Shown here piece by piece: positions 1-9,922 of a stretch of 64,000 nt of DNA; the first letter of the stretch is position 1; the number at the start of each line of letters is the position of its first letter. The position numbers were made by a program, and so were the translations under genes. The DNA is from a virus (taxonomy: Duplodnaviria > Caudoviricetes). The DNA is taken from positions 1 through 64,000 of the IMG/VR virus record IMGVR_UViG_3300049988_000286; one strand, 5' to 3'. The notes under the pieces are model-generated. The model was not told the origin of the DNA, searched no databases, and saw only the letters and a list, made by a program, of their open reading frames with translations.

Positions 1-1
1 C

Positions 2-577
2 ACCGATGCTATCGTGACGAGCGGCAATCAGCGTGACAACGGAGGACTGGTCCTATCGCCGCTCGCCATTGCGAGCGTTAACACACGATCAAATGGTCGA
101 TCGCAGATTGGTCAGCGCTCCAATGCCCCTACCAATCCGCTGCTCGCCTTCATCGTCGAACCCACACCAGCGTCGCAACTCACCCCGGAACTCGTCTATG
201 GGCGGGTGAAGTTCCCCTCAATCCGGATCGGTATGGCTCTCGAAGGTACCGCCTTCCCGCCAACGATCCGTGGCACAATGGCGCTTCCGGTTCGGGTGCG
301 CAGCCAGATCATCGGCATCGTCCCGGTCAATGGTGCGATCGTGCGTGCGCTGCCCATTCGGGCGACGATCTCCGGTTTCGCAAAGCCGAATGGTATGCTT
401 CGCGGAACGGTCAAGATTACCGCCAACGGCGTGGTTCGAGTGGTGCCCTTCAACTATGGCACGATCAATCGTCAAGTCATTATTCGTTTCAGCAACGACG
501 CCGGGGATGTCCTCGGAGTCAACAACAATGCGGATCAGTTCAGCACCGGTGATAACGGTGATCTTCTCGGCTATTGA
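2..577 (+). CDS. probable virion structural protein, C-terminal part (frame open from window start)
   Basis: Frame has no stop from position 2; beta-rich G/T/V/I composition; lies upstream of DUF1353 and head-completion genes. Confidence 0.55.
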   Translation, partial: TDAIVTSGNQRDNGGLVLSPLAIASVNTRSNGRSQIGQRSNAPTNPLLAFIVEPTPASQLTPELVYGRVKFPSIRIGMALEGTAFPPTIRGTMALPVRVRSQIIGIVPVNGAIVRALPIRATISGFAKPNGMLRGTVKITANGVVRVVPFNYGTINRQVIIRFSNDAGDVLGVNNNADQFSTGDNGDLLGY

Positions 578-585
578 GGTAACAG

Positions 586-957
586 ATGAGCAGCTTTACC
601 AACGCAGTTTTCGAAGTCACGGAAGAGACTCGCTACGGCAAACCCCTTTATCGGATCGTTGGCGGCTTTCGCTACTACATTGGCCATGTCGGATCATCGA
701 CTTACATCGATGTTCCAGATGGTTTCCTGACCGATGGTCCCTCAATGCCAGCGTGGCTGGCGAAGATCATTCCCGCGCAGACATTGGTGAAGAGCAGCGC
801 CGTCCACGACTACCTGCGCGAGAACCTCCGCTACTCGAAGCCAGAGGGGGACGCCATCTTCCTCACTGCCATGTACGCGGAAGGCACCCCGGCTTGGCTT
901 CGCGAACTAGCCTTCATTGCAGTGCGGCTGGACAACCATCGTCTGCGAGCGAAATAA
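586..957 (+). CDS. DUF1353 family protein
   Basis: VPDGFLTDGPSMP and AVHDYL motifs typical of DUF1353. Confidence 0.8.
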   Translation: MSSFTNAVFEVTEETRYGKPLYRIVGGFRYYIGHVGSSTYIDVPDGFLTDGPSMPAWLAKIIPAQTLVKSSAVHDYLRENLRYSKPEGDAIFLTAMYAEGTPAWLRELAFIAVRLDNHRLRAK

Positions 958-982
958 CTCCACAGATATCCTAAATACCATC

Positions 983-1438
983 ATGGCCGGTGGTAAGAAG
1001 ACATGGAGGGGTGAGTTTACGCCCAAGAACCCGAGCAAGTACATCGGCACCAAAGATATTCAATTCCGATCATCTTGGGAGTTGAAGTTTATGCAGTTCT
1101 TGGATGAGACGCCCGCCATCATTGGTTGGTCGTCCGAAAGCATCTCAATCCCATACACCAATCCCCTCACCGGTAAACAGACGGTGTACGTCCCAGATTT
1201 TCTTATGATCTACGAAGGACCGGGCGGGAAGAAGCAAGCGGAGATGATTGAGATCAAGCCCGCTAAAGAGAACCCATTGCTCGAACAGAAGAAGCGCCTG
1301 TCGAAGCGTGACCAGCTTTCGCAAGTCCTCAACGCTGCCAAATGGCAAGCTGCCGCTAAATTCTGCGCGAAACGATCCATCAAGTTCAGGGTGCTGACGG
1401 AACTCGATCTGTTCCCGCAAGCCAGAAGGAAGAAATGA
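983..1438 (+). CDS. head completion nuclease, T4 gp4-like (TnsA N-terminal PD-(D/E)xK fold)
   Basis: FRSSWELKFM, WSSESISIPY, YVPDF, EIKP motifs; ATG at 983 lies 5 nt after CTAAATA. Confidence 0.85.
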   Translation: MAGGKKTWRGEFTPKNPSKYIGTKDIQFRSSWELKFMQFLDETPAIIGWSSESISIPYTNPLTGKQTVYVPDFLMIYEGPGGKKQAEMIEIKPAKENPLLEQKKRLSKRDQLSQVLNAAKWQAAAKFCAKRSIKFRVLTELDLFPQARRKK

Positions 1439-1935
1439 GCAAAACACTTAACGATCTCTTCGACCTACCGTCGATGGAGGATGTCTTGGACGAGACCGAC
1501 GACAGTGAGACGGAGAACCTACCCGTGGCAGTCAACGATGCCAGCAGTGAGTTGATTTCAACGGCGGAGTTGAAGGCACAAGAGCATGGCGCTGCCATGG
1601 ACGACATCTACAAGTCGGTGCTCAAGCACGCCAACGATGCCGCAGAGTTGGCGTTCGACCTCGATCCCGCGCGCGCTCCCCGGATGCTCGAAGTAGCCGG
1701 TAACCTGTTCAAGGCAGCCATGGATGCCAAGAATTCGAAGCGCGATGCGCAGTTGAAGCTGATGAAGCTGTTGCAGGATCAGCAGAAGCTCGATCTGGAC
1801 CGCCGCCGCTTCCAGCTTGAGAGTGGTGAAGTCGAGAGCGAGAAAGCCGAAGTGGTGATGGTCGAGGATCGCAACGAGATTCTGCGCCGTCTCCGTGCTG
1901 AAGCCGCAGAGACCAAGGCCGATCCGAAAAGCTAA
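1435..1935 (+). CDS. hypothetical helical protein (possible packaging accessory)
   Basis: ATGA overlap with gp4-like gene; coiled-coil-like sequence. Confidence 0.65.
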   Translation: MSKTLNDLFDLPSMEDVLDETDDSETENLPVAVNDASSELISTAELKAQEHGAAMDDIYKSVLKHANDAAELAFDLDPARAPRMLEVAGNLFKAAMDAKNSKRDAQLKLMKLLQDQQKLDLDRRRFQLESGEVESEKAEVVMVEDRNEILRRLRAEAAETKADPKS

Positions 1936-1959
1936 ATACAGCATCCCAGAGGTGAGCAA

Positions 1960-2538
1960 ATGAATTTCAAAGAATACTACGAGGCGGTTCAGAAGACCTA
2001 CAAGTTCCGGATCAAGACCATCTATGAGATCGATGAAGATACCATGGATGTGATCGAAACGGTGATCAACAAGTATCGTCCCACCGATATCAGTCGTCCC
2101 AAGAAGATGATGTTCCAGACGCAGCCGCTGGGTTTTACTGGCGTGAAGAACGTCGAGATTCACTTCGTGGATGTCGTGTTGAGCGTCCCTGCAACAGAGT
2201 ATGTGCTTGCCTGTGACCTCCGTCAGAGTTTCGGGCTCGACATCGCTTCTGATCTCATCCAAGTCTCTGGCGACGAGGAAGAGCCCGTCGAGGAGAAGGA
2301 GCCCACCTCGTTGCTCCTCGATCCCACGATGAGCGAAGCCCCCGCCGTCAACGCGGAGGAGCATTTCGGCGACGAGTACAACAAGAGCTTCCTCGCCTAT
2401 GTGGCGAAAGTCGAGGCGGAGCGCGAGCACAAGAAGCAGATTGATGCCCCTCACCCGATCACCAAGTGGGGACAGCAGCCCGATCCCACCGCTGATCTCG
2501 ATACCACTGACTTCAACGCGCATTTGAAGGACAAGTAA
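1960..2538 (+). CDS. hypothetical protein
   Basis: SD GAGGTG, upstream CTAAATA at 1932; 192 aa ORF in operon. Confidence 0.7.
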   Translation: MNFKEYYEAVQKTYKFRIKTIYEIDEDTMDVIETVINKYRPTDISRPKKMMFQTQPLGFTGVKNVEIHFVDVVLSVPATEYVLACDLRQSFGLDIASDLIQVSGDEEEPVEEKEPTSLLLDPTMSEAPAVNAEEHFGDEYNKSFLAYVAKVEAEREHKKQIDAPHPITKWGQQPDPTADLDTTDFNAHLKDK

Positions 2539-3134
2539 TGGAATTCGAGGAAAGCAAACTCGCCGAGTTGCGCAAGCTGCTCAATGGCGTGAACCTCGAT
2601 GATGGCTACATCGGTCGCGGTGTCATGCTCACGCAGCAGGGTCAGCGCAAAGTCGCAGATCGCTTCGAGATCGATCTCGCTGCTGTGCCACAGATGCTGC
2701 AAGCCGTCTCCGCCTATGTGCGCCGCGATATGCTCTCGGAGCAAGTCGATCGCTACAGCTTTGAGGCAGACTTCATGGGCAATCTGACGCTGCGCGACAA
2801 TCAGGCGGGACGCGAGCGTTTCATCCAAGGTGATGAGGCGTTCAAACTCGACAATGAACTATCAAAGTATCCGGATCGCCAGCAGGAAATCATGTCGCAA
2901 TATTTTGATGAGCCCCTCGTCGAGGGAGTAGAGGATGATCTGCCCCGTGGTGGCGGCACCTTCAACTTCCCCTACAAGGGCAAGTTCGCCACGGCCCGGT
3001 TCGGCGTAGAGGGCGGAGAGTTCCGAGTGAGCGTCATCAGCCTCCGCGACGCCGAAGATAATGAAACCGATATCGACGAAGCTTTACAAACGAAGCTGGA
3101 TGCCGTCGCGATGACATGGGTGGACAAAGTATGA
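2538..3134 (+). CDS. hypothetical protein
   Basis: TAATG coupling to previous gene; 198 aa. Confidence 0.7.
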   Translation: MEFEESKLAELRKLLNGVNLDDGYIGRGVMLTQQGQRKVADRFEIDLAAVPQMLQAVSAYVRRDMLSEQVDRYSFEADFMGNLTLRDNQAGRERFIQGDEAFKLDNELSKYPDRQQEIMSQYFDEPLVEGVEDDLPRGGGTFNFPYKGKFATARFGVEGGEFRVSVISLRDAEDNETDIDEALQTKLDAVAMTWVDKV

Positions 3135-3928
3135 ACCGCTTCCTCGATCTTCTCCGCAACTTTCGCGGGGGCGATGACATGGCTGATGCCGACACGGCTC
3201 CGCGCGGCTACGAGCACGCAGACGCAGAGCATTACAAGGCCCGCATGGAAACCGGCTTCTTCGGTCGCCGGGGCGCTGGTGCGCTCCTGATCGCCAAGGA
3301 CACCGGGCGCATCATGTTCGTGCTTCGGTCAGCGAAGGTCGATCAGCCCTTCACTTGGGGGAACGTCGGTGGTGCGATCGATGAGGCCCACGCCAACGAG
3401 CGCCCCGTTGATGCAGCCGAGCGCGAAATCTATGAGGAGACCGGCTACAACGGCGCACTAACCCTCGTGCCCCTACTGGTCTTCCGCCACAACGATTTCA
3501 CCTACTCGAATTTCCTCGGTATCGTTGAGCGAGAGTTCAAGCCCGTGCTGGGCTGGGAAGCCGACCGAGCAGTTTGGGTGAAGCCCGGTAACCTCCCCAA
3601 GCCGCTGCACTTCGGTATGAAGTCGCTCTTCGGTGATGCCGCGAGTGCCAAGACGATCCGGCACTACGCCTCCATGTTCGCCAAAGGCGACACGGCCATC
3701 GGCGAAAGCGAGGAGATCACCGAGGAAATCGATGTCAGCGCTGCGATTAAGCAGGGCGAGGACATCGCCAATGAGATCAACAAGCGCGCCGAGGCACAGG
3801 CGAAGGCGATCAAGGCCGGAGTCAACCCCGCCGATACAGTGGAGCCCAATGGTGAACCGAAGAAGGTTCAGCCCCGCCCCGGTGCCACGACGGGCAAGAA
3901 GTCACTCAACCCGATCGGGACGAAGTAA
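3131..3928 (+). CDS. NUDIX hydrolase with low-complexity C-terminal tail
   Basis: Nudix box GGAIDE...AAEREIYEETGY; ATGA overlap. Confidence 0.85.
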   Translation: MNRFLDLLRNFRGGDDMADADTAPRGYEHADAEHYKARMETGFFGRRGAGALLIAKDTGRIMFVLRSAKVDQPFTWGNVGGAIDEAHANERPVDAAEREIYEETGYNGALTLVPLLVFRHNDFTYSNFLGIVEREFKPVLGWEADRAVWVKPGNLPKPLHFGMKSLFGDAASAKTIRHYASMFAKGDTAIGESEEITEEIDVSAAIKQGEDIANEINKRAEAQAKAIKAGVNPADTVEPNGEPKKVQPRPGATTGKKSLNPIGTK

Positions 3929-4246
3929 CAGAAACTGGTTGAGGTACTGCTCGATCCATTCGGCAGCCACGACATTCATCGAATGGACGGTGAAGGTGAA
4001 CTCATCATCGAGTATCACTTTCCCGTCCATTACCATATCGGTGAGCCAGCGCGCGCAGAAGCGCCCCTCACCCATGCCGTCGCCGAGATCGTTGTCAAAC
4101 GAGATATGCCGGATAGGCACACGTGCTGCCAGAACCGTCGCTTCGAATTCGTCCTGCGTGCGCACGATCGTCCACTCCGCGCCCTTGGGCAAAGGGGTCC
4201 AAGTCACTTGGGCGGGCCAGCGTTCGTCATCGAGAAAAATCCACAT
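3902..4246 (-). CDS. cyclic-phosphate-processing receiver (REC-like) domain protein
   Basis: IFLDDER...VRTQDEF...ISFDNDLG...HSMNVVAA pattern. Confidence 0.75.
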   Translation of the reverse strand: MWIFLDDERWPAQVTWTPLPKGAEWTIVRTQDEFEATVLAARVPIRHISFDNDLGDGMGEGRFCARWLTDMVMDGKVILDDEFTFTVHSMNVVAAEWIEQYLNQFLLLRPDRVE

Positions 4247-4379
4247 ACTGGATCATAGCACGCACGTCGTAGTTCGGAAACTGCAAAGAGCGTGTCGATG
4301 AATATTGAGACCACCCCCGGCCTTCCCGTAGAAGAATCAAGTGGTCAACGAGATCACGCCTATGAAAGAGAGTATATCA

Positions 4380-4613
4380 ATGTCGAGTGTTACCACCCAG
4401 ACCCTGATCAAGAAGATGACCGAGGGCGCTGTCACTTTCAAGTTCAAGAAGGTCGATGGTTCGGTCCGTGAGGCCACCGGTACCCTGAACACCGATCTCA
4501 TGCCCGCTGGTTCGGCCAAGATCGAGATCGGCGAGAACGACGCCGCCATTCCGTTCTACGATCTCGTGAACGAGGGCTTCCGTTCGTTCCGTCGCGACTC
4601 CGTGATCGCCTAA
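4380..4613 (+). CDS. SH3-fold/WYL-like small protein
   Basis: VTFKFKKVDGSVREATGTL...FYDLVNEGFRSFR. Confidence 0.75.
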   Translation: MSSVTTQTLIKKMTEGAVTFKFKKVDGSVREATGTLNTDLMPAGSAKIEIGENDAAIPFYDLVNEGFRSFRRDSVIA

Positions 4614-4689
4614 CGGCAGGAAGCCCGCACGCCCGACCTTCGTGATGATGTCGTCTCCTTTGTGTTGTGTGAAAATGGTCGGGCGGGGG

Positions 4690-4720
4690 AAGGGGAGCGG
4701 TTCTGCCGCTCCCCTTTTCT
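4690..4720. terminator. intrinsic terminator between convergent genes
   Basis: AAGGGGAGCGG-ttctg-CCGCTCCCCTT followed by TTCTT. Confidence 0.7.
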
Positions 4721-5407
4721 TTATGGCTTCCAGAGCCGGTAGATGTCCTCCCAATCTCCGGCGAACAGATCGAGGCTTTCCATCTCGGCTTCCGGGTAGA
4801 GGTCCGCAAATGATGCTCGCGCCTTGCGATCACGGTTCTGTTCCGCGAGCGCCACACCACGCTGTTGAGCAGCACTCTTCTGCGAGGGGGTCAGTTTGCG
4901 CGTCACGGGCTCGGTGTAGCGGACACCATGCTGCTTGAACGCTTGAACCAGCGTCTCCGCCGCCTTCGTGCCCTCCACATAGCGGACAAGATCGAGCACC
5001 ACTGCGCAGTAGCGCCAGCCGTGCCACGGACCCACCTGAAACAATTCCTGACGGCGCGATCCGTCCCGGTAGCGAAGTAGCCGCCCACCATTGCCGCTCT
5101 GACGGTAGAGGATGATGTGCGCGATGGCGCGCAACACCGACATGGTATCGCGACATCCGCGCGGGAAGGTCACCCACCGCTCACTGGGGTGCGCCGTCGC
5201 CCGACTATAGCCGCGACCATCCCGCACATCGATCGGCCATGTCGAGAAGACTACTGCATCGCCGTAGCGCCGCACCAGCGTCGCGCGATCAAGCCGTGCT
5301 AGATAGCTATGAACGTCCTTCATTTCCCCCATGCGCGTGGTGAACGGCTCCATAGCCTTCCATGCCTTGAAGAACTTCGAACGCTGTGTATCCCTGCCGC
5401 GATTCAT
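4721..5407 (-). CDS. Rv0185/SprT-like metallohydrolase homologue with degenerate HEXXH
   Basis: N-terminal RDTQRSK, VLRAIAH in place of HExxH, downstream HGWRY. Confidence 0.5.
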   Translation of the reverse strand: MNRGRDTQRSKFFKAWKAMEPFTTRMGEMKDVHSYLARLDRATLVRRYGDAVVFSTWPIDVRDGRGYSRATAHPSERWVTFPRGCRDTMSVLRAIAHIILYRQSGNGGRLLRYRDGSRRQELFQVGPWHGWRYCAVVLDLVRYVEGTKAAETLVQAFKQHGVRYTEPVTRKLTPSQKSAAQQRGVALAEQNRDRKARASFADLYPEAEMESLDLFAGDWEDIYRLWKP

Positions 5408-5432
5408 ACTGCCTCCTAGTCAACGATGCGCC

Positions 5433-5460
5433 CTTATAGCAGTTCGCGCCAGTATGTCAA
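5433..5460 (-). promoter_or_regulatory. sigma70-type early promoter
   Basis: TTGACA...TATAAG on minus strand, then SD AGGAGG before ATG at 5407. Confidence 0.75.
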
Positions 5461-5579
5461 ATCGGTCTAAAAATGACCCGATAGTATAGCGGTAGGGAAT
5501 ACTTGAAACTATACTTGAAATAGACCGATCAGGCATTCAAATATGGCGGTGAAATATTTTTTCACAGTATAGTTTCCCG

Positions 5580-6716
5580 ATGCTTACTTTCACGCCTCAC
5601 ACGGTGCGCCACATCGACGAAATCCTTCCCCATATTGCTGACAAGCCTGAAATCGGACACAGCATCAAGGACGGCTATCAGGTGCTCGACTACAACTTCG
5701 CCACTGCGACGACGTTCGACAACTGGCAAGCGCGAGAGTGCCGGGGGATTAAGTTCGATCTTGCAGGTAACATCATCGCTCGTCCCTATCAGAAATTCTT
5801 CAACGCCTTGGAGAAGGAGGAGACGCAGCTTGCGGAACTGGATTTCACCGCGCCGCATGTCTTGCTGGAGAAGCTCGATGGCTCGATGGTTCACTCAATC
5901 CTCGTTGATGGACGGTTGCGGCTGATGACCCGTAAGGGTTTGAGCGATGTCGCCCTAAAGGCAGAGCAATTCCTCAACCGCGAGATCGAGGCCGGGGGTG
6001 GACTTGCGCGGTTGTTCGAGCAAACCGGCTACGCCGTCACCGACTACACCTTCATCTTCGAGTATGTGGCACCCCACAACCAAATCGTCGTCTTCTACGA
6101 GGATGAGCGCCTGATCTTGACGGGAATGCGCGAGATCGTCTCGGGTCGGTATGTCCCCTACGAGGCGATGTGCGCGTTGGCGGAAGCGGAGGGCGTGCCC
6201 GTGGTGCAGCCGTATTGCGACACCTTCTCCATGGAGGAGGTGCGCGCAGACGTGGACCGGGAGGGCTTGGTGATCCGCTGGCGCGACGGCGCAATGGCGA
6301 AGGTGAAGGCCGATCTCTACTGTCTTCGCCACGGCGCGGTTGATTCTGTCTCGCACGCCCATGGCGTGATTGAACTCGCCATGGCGAAGACGCTCGATGA
6401 TGTCCTCCCGAACCTGTCGGGCGAGTTTCTCGATCGTGTCACCGCCTATCACGATGCTTTCTTTGCAGCGGTGGCGGAGCGGCGTCGGTGGCTCATCTCG
6501 ACGGTGGAGGCACTGGATCACCTCGACCAGAAGGCGTTCGCCGCTCACGTCATGGATGATCCGCTGCGAGGCCTTCTGTTCGGCTATCGCAAGGTTCGTG
6601 ACGCTGATAAGGTCATCAACGGAGTTATCGAGCGCACCAGCTTCAAGGGAAAGCGGTTCGCCGAAATGTGCGAGGAGTTGGCGCTGCCGTATGAGGAGGA
6701 TTTGGGGCGCTGGTAG
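5580..6716 (+). CDS. rnlA: RNA ligase 1 (T4 Rnl1-type)
   Basis: ARECRGIKF, RPYQKFFN, motif I EKLDGSM, FEYV, motif IV EGLV, KVK. Confidence 0.85.
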   Translation: MLTFTPHTVRHIDEILPHIADKPEIGHSIKDGYQVLDYNFATATTFDNWQARECRGIKFDLAGNIIARPYQKFFNALEKEETQLAELDFTAPHVLLEKLDGSMVHSILVDGRLRLMTRKGLSDVALKAEQFLNREIEAGGGLARLFEQTGYAVTDYTFIFEYVAPHNQIVVFYEDERLILTGMREIVSGRYVPYEAMCALAEAEGVPVVQPYCDTFSMEEVRADVDREGLVIRWRDGAMAKVKADLYCLRHGAVDSVSHAHGVIELAMAKTLDDVLPNLSGEFLDRVTAYHDAFFAAVAERRRWLISTVEALDHLDQKAFAAHVMDDPLRGLLFGYRKVRDADKVINGVIERTSFKGKRFAEMCEELALPYEEDLGRW

Positions 6717-6717
6717 C

Positions 6718-6942
6718 ATGTGGGCTCGTGCAATCGGAGAAAACCGATCGCCGAGTGTCAAGGAAGGTTTTTTGCGGGAGATCGATGACGCGATCGAGGC
6801 GTGGCACCAAGGCCGTGGGCGAGAGGAGGCGCTTCTCGATCATTTGCGCAAGACCTTCCCCGCTTGTCCGTGGACGCCAGAACAGTGGGAGGATTATTTC
6901 GCTACCGAGACGATCCCGGTAGCGAAAACAATTATCGGTTAG
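6718..6942 (+). CDS. hypothetical protein
   Basis: ATG immediately after ligase stop; 74 aa. Confidence 0.5.
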   Translation: MWARAIGENRSPSVKEGFLREIDDAIEAWHQGRGREEALLDHLRKTFPACPWTPEQWEDYFATETIPVAKTIIG

Positions 6943-8987
6943 CCGTAATAGGTTTTGAGCAGCCCCGTGGCGGCAGCGCGAATGCGTTCCTCGGGGAGTT
7001 CATCGACCTGAACAGTCCGAACAAAACCATCGGGGATGCGCTCATACATATCGCGTAGCCATTGCTTCACGTCATCGAGCGGCATGGTGTCAAAATCGAC
7101 TTCCGGTGCCTTTGCCATCTCGCCTACATCGACTTCATCGAGAACGCAGCTAATCGCGTAGTCATCATCGAAGCCTGACCAACCGTAATAGGGCTCTTCA
7201 ACCTTGAAAATTGCCTCGCCTTCATCGCTACCGAATAGGAACGGACCGATCTCGGAGGCATCACTGTACTCGTATTCATCGTCGTTGCCCACCATTGCGG
7301 CATCCGCGACTGCGCAAGCTTCTTTGACCGAGCACACGACCTTGACTGGGCTATCCCACACCCAAGCGTCCTCGCCTTTTGAGTTCTTGAACGTCTTGAA
7401 GACGAGATGACCGTGCTTGACCTTCAAGTCCTTGATTTCTTTGACGAGCGATTCATGTGCGTCGCTTTCTGCACCCGATTCCATCCCGGAGATAACCGCA
7501 CCCTTGATGCTATGATAGATATCTTGAGCATATTCTTCGAGGAAACGCGTCAAGGCCCCGGTGTCGCTGGGATCGAAGTCCTCGAAGTCTTCTTCATCCA
7601 ACTCCGCCTTGGCGATCTCCGTAGCTTTATTCGCGAGGCCAATGAGCGCTTGCATGGGAAGAGAATCCAACAGGCTCTCGACATCGGTATCAGACGCGCT
7701 GTTGAAGTCATAGTCGAACAACCGGTCACCATCAGAACTGGCGAGCGCATTGGCAGTTTTGTCATCTGTAAGGTCGCTCACCATGTCGGCGATATCTTTG
7801 AACTCGACCAGCACCAAAGCGTCGGCTTCATCGTCCCACTTCGCGCTGTTGGCCCAACTCGGCAGGTGCTCCTTAATCGACGCCAGAATGGCGGCGCGCA
7901 ACTCGGGAGAGTCACCCTGCTTCTTCAAGCGAGCCTCGAAGTCTCCGAGGTGGGGATGCGCATCGATCAGCGCATCACGGTCCTCGTCCTTCAAATCCTT
8001 CATCGAGAAGTTGTTTGCGGGCGCGTAGCCTCCGCCCCGGATGCCTTTGATGATCGGCAGCTTGAGGAGTGCGACGATGTAGGGGTGGTAGCGCTCTGCT
8101 GGCTTCTCGTTGGCGCGACCCTTCATTTCACCGAGGAAGCCGTCGTGCTGAAGGATGAAGGTCAGAAAGACCTCATAATAGTCCGTGCCATCGACGTTAT
8201 CCTTGAAGCGACGGAGGCTCAAGATGCGATCACCGGATCGAGCCCCGGCGTTACCGCAGTGCCCCATGGCATTCGCCTCCTCGGAGCAATAGCCGCGACC
8301 GAGCATCACCCAGCACATCTTATTGTCCATCTTGAGAATGATTTCGTCGCCCTCGTGGAGCGTCAACGCTGATTTGGTGCGCGTCTTGAACTCATCCTCC
8401 AAGGCTTCCAGTTCCTGCAAGACGACGGGGAGGCTTTTGCTACCGAACTGATAGGCTTGAATCTTGCTATACGGCATGCCGAGGAAGTGGAAGATGATCT
8501 TGCGCTTGATGATCCCCGTGGGATCGTCGTTGCTTGCCACATAGGGCTCACCCATGATCTTCTGGTACTCGCCCTGATACTTGGCTTGGAGGCGTTTCAC
8601 CTCACCGATGAAGGCGTGGTACTGCTCGGTCTTCTGCACCTTGGTGGCATCGTCGTGTTGGTCGTAGATACCGATGGAGCCGTTGAAGTCGCTGACGCTC
8701 CATCCCGCGATGCGATCGAAGAGCCACAGGCGAATGATGCGTGCCGCCCATGCCTGACGGTCGCTTTTGCGCAAGAGACGGATCGCCTCCTTGGCTGCTG
8801 CGACCTTTTCGAGGATCATGTCCTCGTGGTAGCGCTGCCCCAAGGCTTCCAAGGTGGAGAACATGGCCTCGAAGTGCTTCCCTTCGAGCAAGGCCTGTTG
8901 CTCCATGAGGAGGAGGGAGGAGGGCTGCGATGCGGGTGTCGGGGAGACGGTCTGGGTGTCGTTGAACAAGTCGATGAAATTGCGCAT
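6939..8987 (-). CDS. 682 aa late protein, putative internal virion protein
   Basis: CTAAATA-N4-ATG start; N-terminus MRNFIDLFND; acidic C-terminus. Confidence 0.75.
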   Translation of the reverse strand: MRNFIDLFNDTQTVSPTPASQPSSLLLMEQQALLEGKHFEAMFSTLEALGQRYHEDMILEKVAAAKEAIRLLRKSDRQAWAARIIRLWLFDRIAGWSVSDFNGSIGIYDQHDDATKVQKTEQYHAFIGEVKRLQAKYQGEYQKIMGEPYVASNDDPTGIIKRKIIFHFLGMPYSKIQAYQFGSKSLPVVLQELEALEDEFKTRTKSALTLHEGDEIILKMDNKMCWVMLGRGYCSEEANAMGHCGNAGARSGDRILSLRRFKDNVDGTDYYEVFLTFILQHDGFLGEMKGRANEKPAERYHPYIVALLKLPIIKGIRGGGYAPANNFSMKDLKDEDRDALIDAHPHLGDFEARLKKQGDSPELRAAILASIKEHLPSWANSAKWDDEADALVLVEFKDIADMVSDLTDDKTANALASSDGDRLFDYDFNSASDTDVESLLDSLPMQALIGLANKATEIAKAELDEEDFEDFDPSDTGALTRFLEEYAQDIYHSIKGAVISGMESGAESDAHESLVKEIKDLKVKHGHLVFKTFKNSKGEDAWVWDSPVKVVCSVKEACAVADAAMVGNDDEYEYSDASEIGPFLFGSDEGEAIFKVEEPYYGWSGFDDDYAISCVLDEVDVGEMAKAPEVDFDTMPLDDVKQWLRDMYERIPDGFVRTVQVDELPEERIRAAATGLLKTYYG

Positions 8988-9005
8988 GTGGTATTTAGGC
9001 AGAGG

Positions 9006-9635
9006 TTACCGATGCGCGAGGTAGAACAGGGTAGCATCTTCGTCGTTCTTGAAACCGACAGCGTGCGCGTAATGGTGCTCAACAACTGTGCCCGACACAG
9101 GATCATGCTCGCGGTCTCGCACCACCTCGACGAAAAAGTCTTTTTCTCCGATGCTACGCTCACACCAAGTGCGCACCGCCGTATCCTTGAACCTGTTATA
9201 CCCGAGCACGAACCACGTCCACGACTCGCCGCGCCCGCCTATGTCGGGGCGGTTGTCGATCGTCCTGTAGCATTTCAGTGGCCCAGTAAGCCGCTCATCG
9301 ACCATCAACTCGGAGCCATGATAGAATATCGCATCACTAGCGCCGTCTCGGAGAACAAAGACCTTCCCGTTACCGGGTAGCTGATACTCTACCACGCCCT
9401 TGGCACCGCGATTGAACCCCGCACTCTGGCGTACAGTGATCCGAATCCCGCGCGGGAAGAAAGGACTGTTGCTCCAATAGATCGCGGAGCGACGCTCACG
9501 CTCTTCCTTCTCGCGAAGATCAGCCGCCGTCGCATTGCGCCATATGACGGGCGAGAACCCATGACCGACCTGCATGATGACGCGGCGGAAGGGCCATATG
9601 CCCTTGACTACATTCTGGTAAATGGGAGCGCTCAA
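9006..9635 (-). CDS. hypothetical protein with KOW-like region and C-terminal FxxExDA family domain
   Basis: Ends WCERSI...FKNDEDATLFYLAHR. Confidence 0.65.
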   Translation of the reverse strand: MSAPIYQNVVKGIWPFRRVIMQVGHGFSPVIWRNATAADLREKEERERRSAIYWSNSPFFPRGIRITVRQSAGFNRGAKGVVEYQLPGNGKVFVLRDGASDAIFYHGSELMVDERLTGPLKCYRTIDNRPDIGGRGESWTWFVLGYNRFKDTAVRTWCERSIGEKDFFVEVVRDREHDPVSGTVVEHHYAHAVGFKNDEDATLFYLAHR

Positions 9636-9922
9636 AACTCTGCCTCGATTGCTCGCTCAAAGACGAGTGGTTGCGACCAAAAGGTCAGGGGATTGTGGAT
9701 GAGGTCGAACATCATGGCGCTCGCCTCATCGGAGAAAAAGATGAAATTGATGCAACCCACGTCGAAGTTCTCGAAGCCGCAGCCGACGATATTATCGTGC
9801 CCGATGGTGTCGAAGACTTCCTCCGCCAGCCCCGCCCTATAGGCACTACGAAGGAAGTGCATCGCCATCCAGAACGAGCGTTCGCGGGAGCCGAAACCAA
9901 TTGCTGATCGATACACCTTCAT
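9632..9922 (-). CDS. FxxExDA-family small protein
   Basis: TGATG coupling to ligase-like gene; FFSDEASAMMFDL. Confidence 0.6.
   Translation of the reverse strand: MKVYRSAIGFGSRERSFWMAMHFLRSAYRAGLAEEVFDTIGHDNIVGCGFENFDVGCINFIFFSDEASAMMFDLIHNPLTFWSQPLVFERAIEAEF

Noticed and set aside
1558-9380. Long antisense ORFs such as 1558-2523(-), 5955-6761(-), 7407-8372(+) and 8457-9380(+)
   Set aside because: Shadow frames of real genes in GC-rich DNA; no SD or motifs.
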